DNA of 32,000 nt from Formosa sp. Hel1_33_131 (GTDB taxonomy: Bacteria > Bacteroidota > Bacteroidia > Flavobacteriales > Flavobacteriaceae), in contig NZ_CP017260.1 of assembly GCF_001735745.1 (NCBI RefSeq), forward strand, positions 930,001-962,000, written 5' to 3'. Below are positions 30,240 through 32,000 of the stretch, piece after piece (positions within the stretch are counted from its first letter, which is position 1; each line of letters starts with the position of its first letter). The notes beneath the pieces are model-generated. The model saw nothing but the letters and a program-made list of their open reading frames with translations, searched no databases and was not told the DNA's origin. Made by a program: the position numbers and the translations under genes.

Positions 30240-31595
30240 CTACTTACCAATCACTATTTTTTGTGAGAACACTTTTTTGTCTTGAGTAATACGTACAAAA
30301 TACGCCCCTAGGGTAAATTGACTCATATTCACTTTTGTGCGTTTTTCTGTTAAAATTGTTTCGAGTACTTTTTTGCCTTCTATCGAGAATAACTCAAACG
30401 CCAAATCGTCATTCAAAGAATGTTCAATATGGAGTATTGACGAAGTAGGATTTGAATAGATTTTAATCATATTTAATTTGAAAGTATCCGCATCTAAGGA
30501 TGTGAAATCAACACAAGAACTTAATTCCGTACAAGACCCTACAGTCACTTCAACAGCGTAACTACCACTTGCAGTAGGCGAAAAGGATTGACTCACCTCG
30601 GAAGTTAGTGGAAGATTCGTGCTACAATCAAACCATCGATAACTGGCATTGCCCATATTTGAGGTTAAAGTCGTAGAACTCATCGTGAGTGAATTGTCAA
30701 CAGACACCAAACTCCCTTTGGTGACCATATAAGACATAATCAGTTTTGCAATCTCGTGAAAATAGGGCAAATCCAACGTACTATATCGATCGCCAGAAGA
30801 ATGGTAGTGAGGCGTTTGATCGTTATTTTCCCAAGACTCCCCAACCAGCACCGCAGAAAATCCTTGATCCCAAAAACGTGCATGATCACTAGCTGGCGTT
30901 CCAGGGTTCACCACATTAACGTTTAAATTAAAACCATAGGTGGCTAACAAACCTACCAAGTCATCTTTCATTGCTAGAGAATTTGCAATAGGACGCACAT
31001 CAATATCAAAATCATCGTCGTTATCACCATCATACCCCATCATATCAATGTTTAAAACACCCAATATGTTATCTCCATTGGTATTTGCTTGCGTGGCATA
31101 AAAACTAGCTCCTCTAAGTCCTATTTCTTCTTCATCCCACAAGGCATAAATGATCGTATTGTCCATACATTGAGTCGATAAAATACGTGCAATTTCTAAG
31201 ACGGTTGCCGTTCCAGAAGCATTGTCATCGGCACAATAGTCTGCCACCGAATCGTAATGTGCACAGATAATGTAAATATCATTTGGATTGGTTTTCCCTA
31301 ACTGCGTCGCAATGATATTACGTCCGTTGGTATTAAAAGCCTGATCATTTACAGTGAGATTGTCCATCGCATTGAATTTGTCAACCAAAAAATCACCCGC
31401 AAGGTCATTATTGGCTTGCCCTCTATTCAATATCGTAACACTATTACCCCCAACATTCGTTGCGATTTCACCCGTAAATTCCTGAACCGTTTGGCTAAGA
31501 GAATCTAAACTAACGGAATTAATGAGGTCTAATTCTGTTTGTGCAGACAGCGTACTGATCACACAAATACTAAGACTTAAAAGTAACTGCTTCAT
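30240..31595 (-). CDS. Secreted M28-family aminopeptidase with a T9SS (Por) C-terminal sorting domain
   Basis: 451 aa with signal peptide MKQLLLSLSICVISTLSAQ. M28 motifs: IICAHYDS, ADDNASGTA, LWDEEEIGLRGA, NIDMMG and HYHSSGD. The C-terminal ~80 aa follows the T9SS CTD pattern (IKIYSNPTSSILHIE..FELFSIEGKKV..GAYFVRITQDKKVFSQKIVIGK). Confidence 0.85.
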   Translation of the reverse strand: MKQLLLSLSICVISTLSAQTELDLINSVSLDSLSQTVQEFTGEIATNVGGNSVTILNRGQANNDLAGDFLVDKFNAMDNLTVNDQAFNTNGRNIIATQLGKTNPNDIYIICAHYDSVADYCADDNASGTATVLEIARILSTQCMDNTIIYALWDEEEIGLRGASFYATQANTNGDNILGVLNIDMMGYDGDNDDDFDIDVRPIANSLAMKDDLVGLLATYGFNLNVNVVNPGTPASDHARFWDQGFSAVLVGESWENNDQTPHYHSSGDRYSTLDLPYFHEIAKLIMSYMVTKGSLVSVDNSLTMSSTTLTSNMGNASYRWFDCSTNLPLTSEVSQSFSPTASGSYAVEVTVGSCTELSSCVDFTSLDADTFKLNMIKIYSNPTSSILHIEHSLNDDLAFELFSIEGKKVLETILTEKRTKVNMSQFTLGAYFVRITQDKKVFSQKIVIGK

Positions 31596-31662
31596 AAAGT
31601 TATAATATTGGTTTTTTTCAAAACTACATAAAGTTTAGTAAAAAACTATATTTTGTCAGCTA

Positions 31663-32000
31663 TTAAAATCTCCTGTTAGGATGGTAAGGACTTAGCTCTA
31701 AGGATGTTTTTTTATTGAGGATGAGTTCCGAAACTAATTTCCCCGTACCAGGACCTAAGGTCCAACCCAACATGGCGTGCCCTGTCGCAATAGTCATATT
31801 CTCGCAAGACTGTGGCTTCCCTAAATACGGCAATCCATCTGGAGAAAGCGGACGAAGTCCACATGTGGCCGCCTCAATTTCTTGGACTGATAATTGAATG
31901 GATGGATAATAGTGAGTCGCAGCTTTCGCAATGACTTCCACCCTTTTTCTGTTTATAGTCTGATTGATGCCCGCGATTTCCATCGTCCCTGCAAAACGTG
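31663..32000 (-). CDS. FAD-dependent oxidoreductase, D-amino-acid dehydrogenase (DadA)-like, 3' part only
   Basis: The frame stays open upstream of the track's Met to the window edge (..RFAGTMEIAG..). The C-terminal DAO-family pattern is CGLRPLSPDGLPYLGKP..IATGHAMLGWTLGPGTGKLVSELI. Confidence 0.7.
   Translation of the reverse strand, partial: RFAGTMEIAGINQTINRKRVEVIAKAATHYYPSIQLSVQEIEAATCGLRPLSPDGLPYLGKPQSCENMTIATGHAMLGWTLGPGTGKLVSELILNKKTSLELSPYHPNRRF

Noticed and set aside
1-32000. CRISPR arrays, tandem repeats, IS elements, toxin-antitoxin or recognisable phage-defence gene pairs
   Set aside because: I scanned by eye on both strands. I saw no regularly spaced direct repeats, no transposase- or integrase-like ORFs, and no nuclease, ATPase or methylase signatures typical of defence systems.

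Overview
This is an AT-rich, gene-dense window that looks like a Bacteroidota/Flavobacteriia chromosome. The clues are a T9SS-type C-terminal sorting domain, a TonB-dependent receptor with a carboxypeptidase-regulatory-like N-terminus, a TTTG/TAnnTTTG-type promoter, and many TAATG stop/start overlaps. I support about 34 CDS, one tRNA-Leu(UAG) and one strong bidirectional terminator. I saw no CRISPR array, transposase, integrase or phage genes. Layout, left to right: (1) 1-3908, a TonB-dependent receptor plus two small lipoproteins. (2) 4246-8344, an H-NOX (heme-NO sensor) signalling cluster: stand-alone receiver, H-NOX, PAS histidine kinase, Hpt protein and LytTR response regulator. (3) 8407-21137, an unusual envelope-glycan/exopolysaccharide locus. 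It encodes a TPR+beta-barrel outer-membrane protein, a STAS protein, a MOP-family transporter carrying a C10T6 homopolymer, a GT-B transferase, a membrane-anchored GH5-like hydrolase, an Ig-repeat periplasmic protein, a 1029-aa polytopic GT-C-like membrane protein, a receiver-domain::GT2 fusion and a degenerate half-GT2. (4) 21196-28572, a tightly coupled 12-gene operon suggestive of nitrosative stress. It encodes an Rrf2 (NsrR/IscR-like) regulator, an atypical cbb3-type oxidase (CcoN with an N-terminal extension, CcoO fused to a cytochrome c), small membrane proteins, a group III truncated hemoglobin, tryptophan 2,3-dioxygenase, a 2Fe-2S ferredoxin, a DUF59/SufT-like protein and the RIC/YtfE di-iron repair protein. 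(5) tRNA-Leu, an M20 dipeptidase, a T9SS-secreted M28 peptidase and a partial DadA-like oxidoreductase. The most interesting hypothesis is that an NO sensor phosphorelay, a phosphorylation-gated (REC-GT2) glycan-export system with no c-di-GMP parts, and an NO-detoxification operon form one co-localised NO-to-surface-polysaccharide module. All functional calls come from motif recognition by eye. No searches were run.
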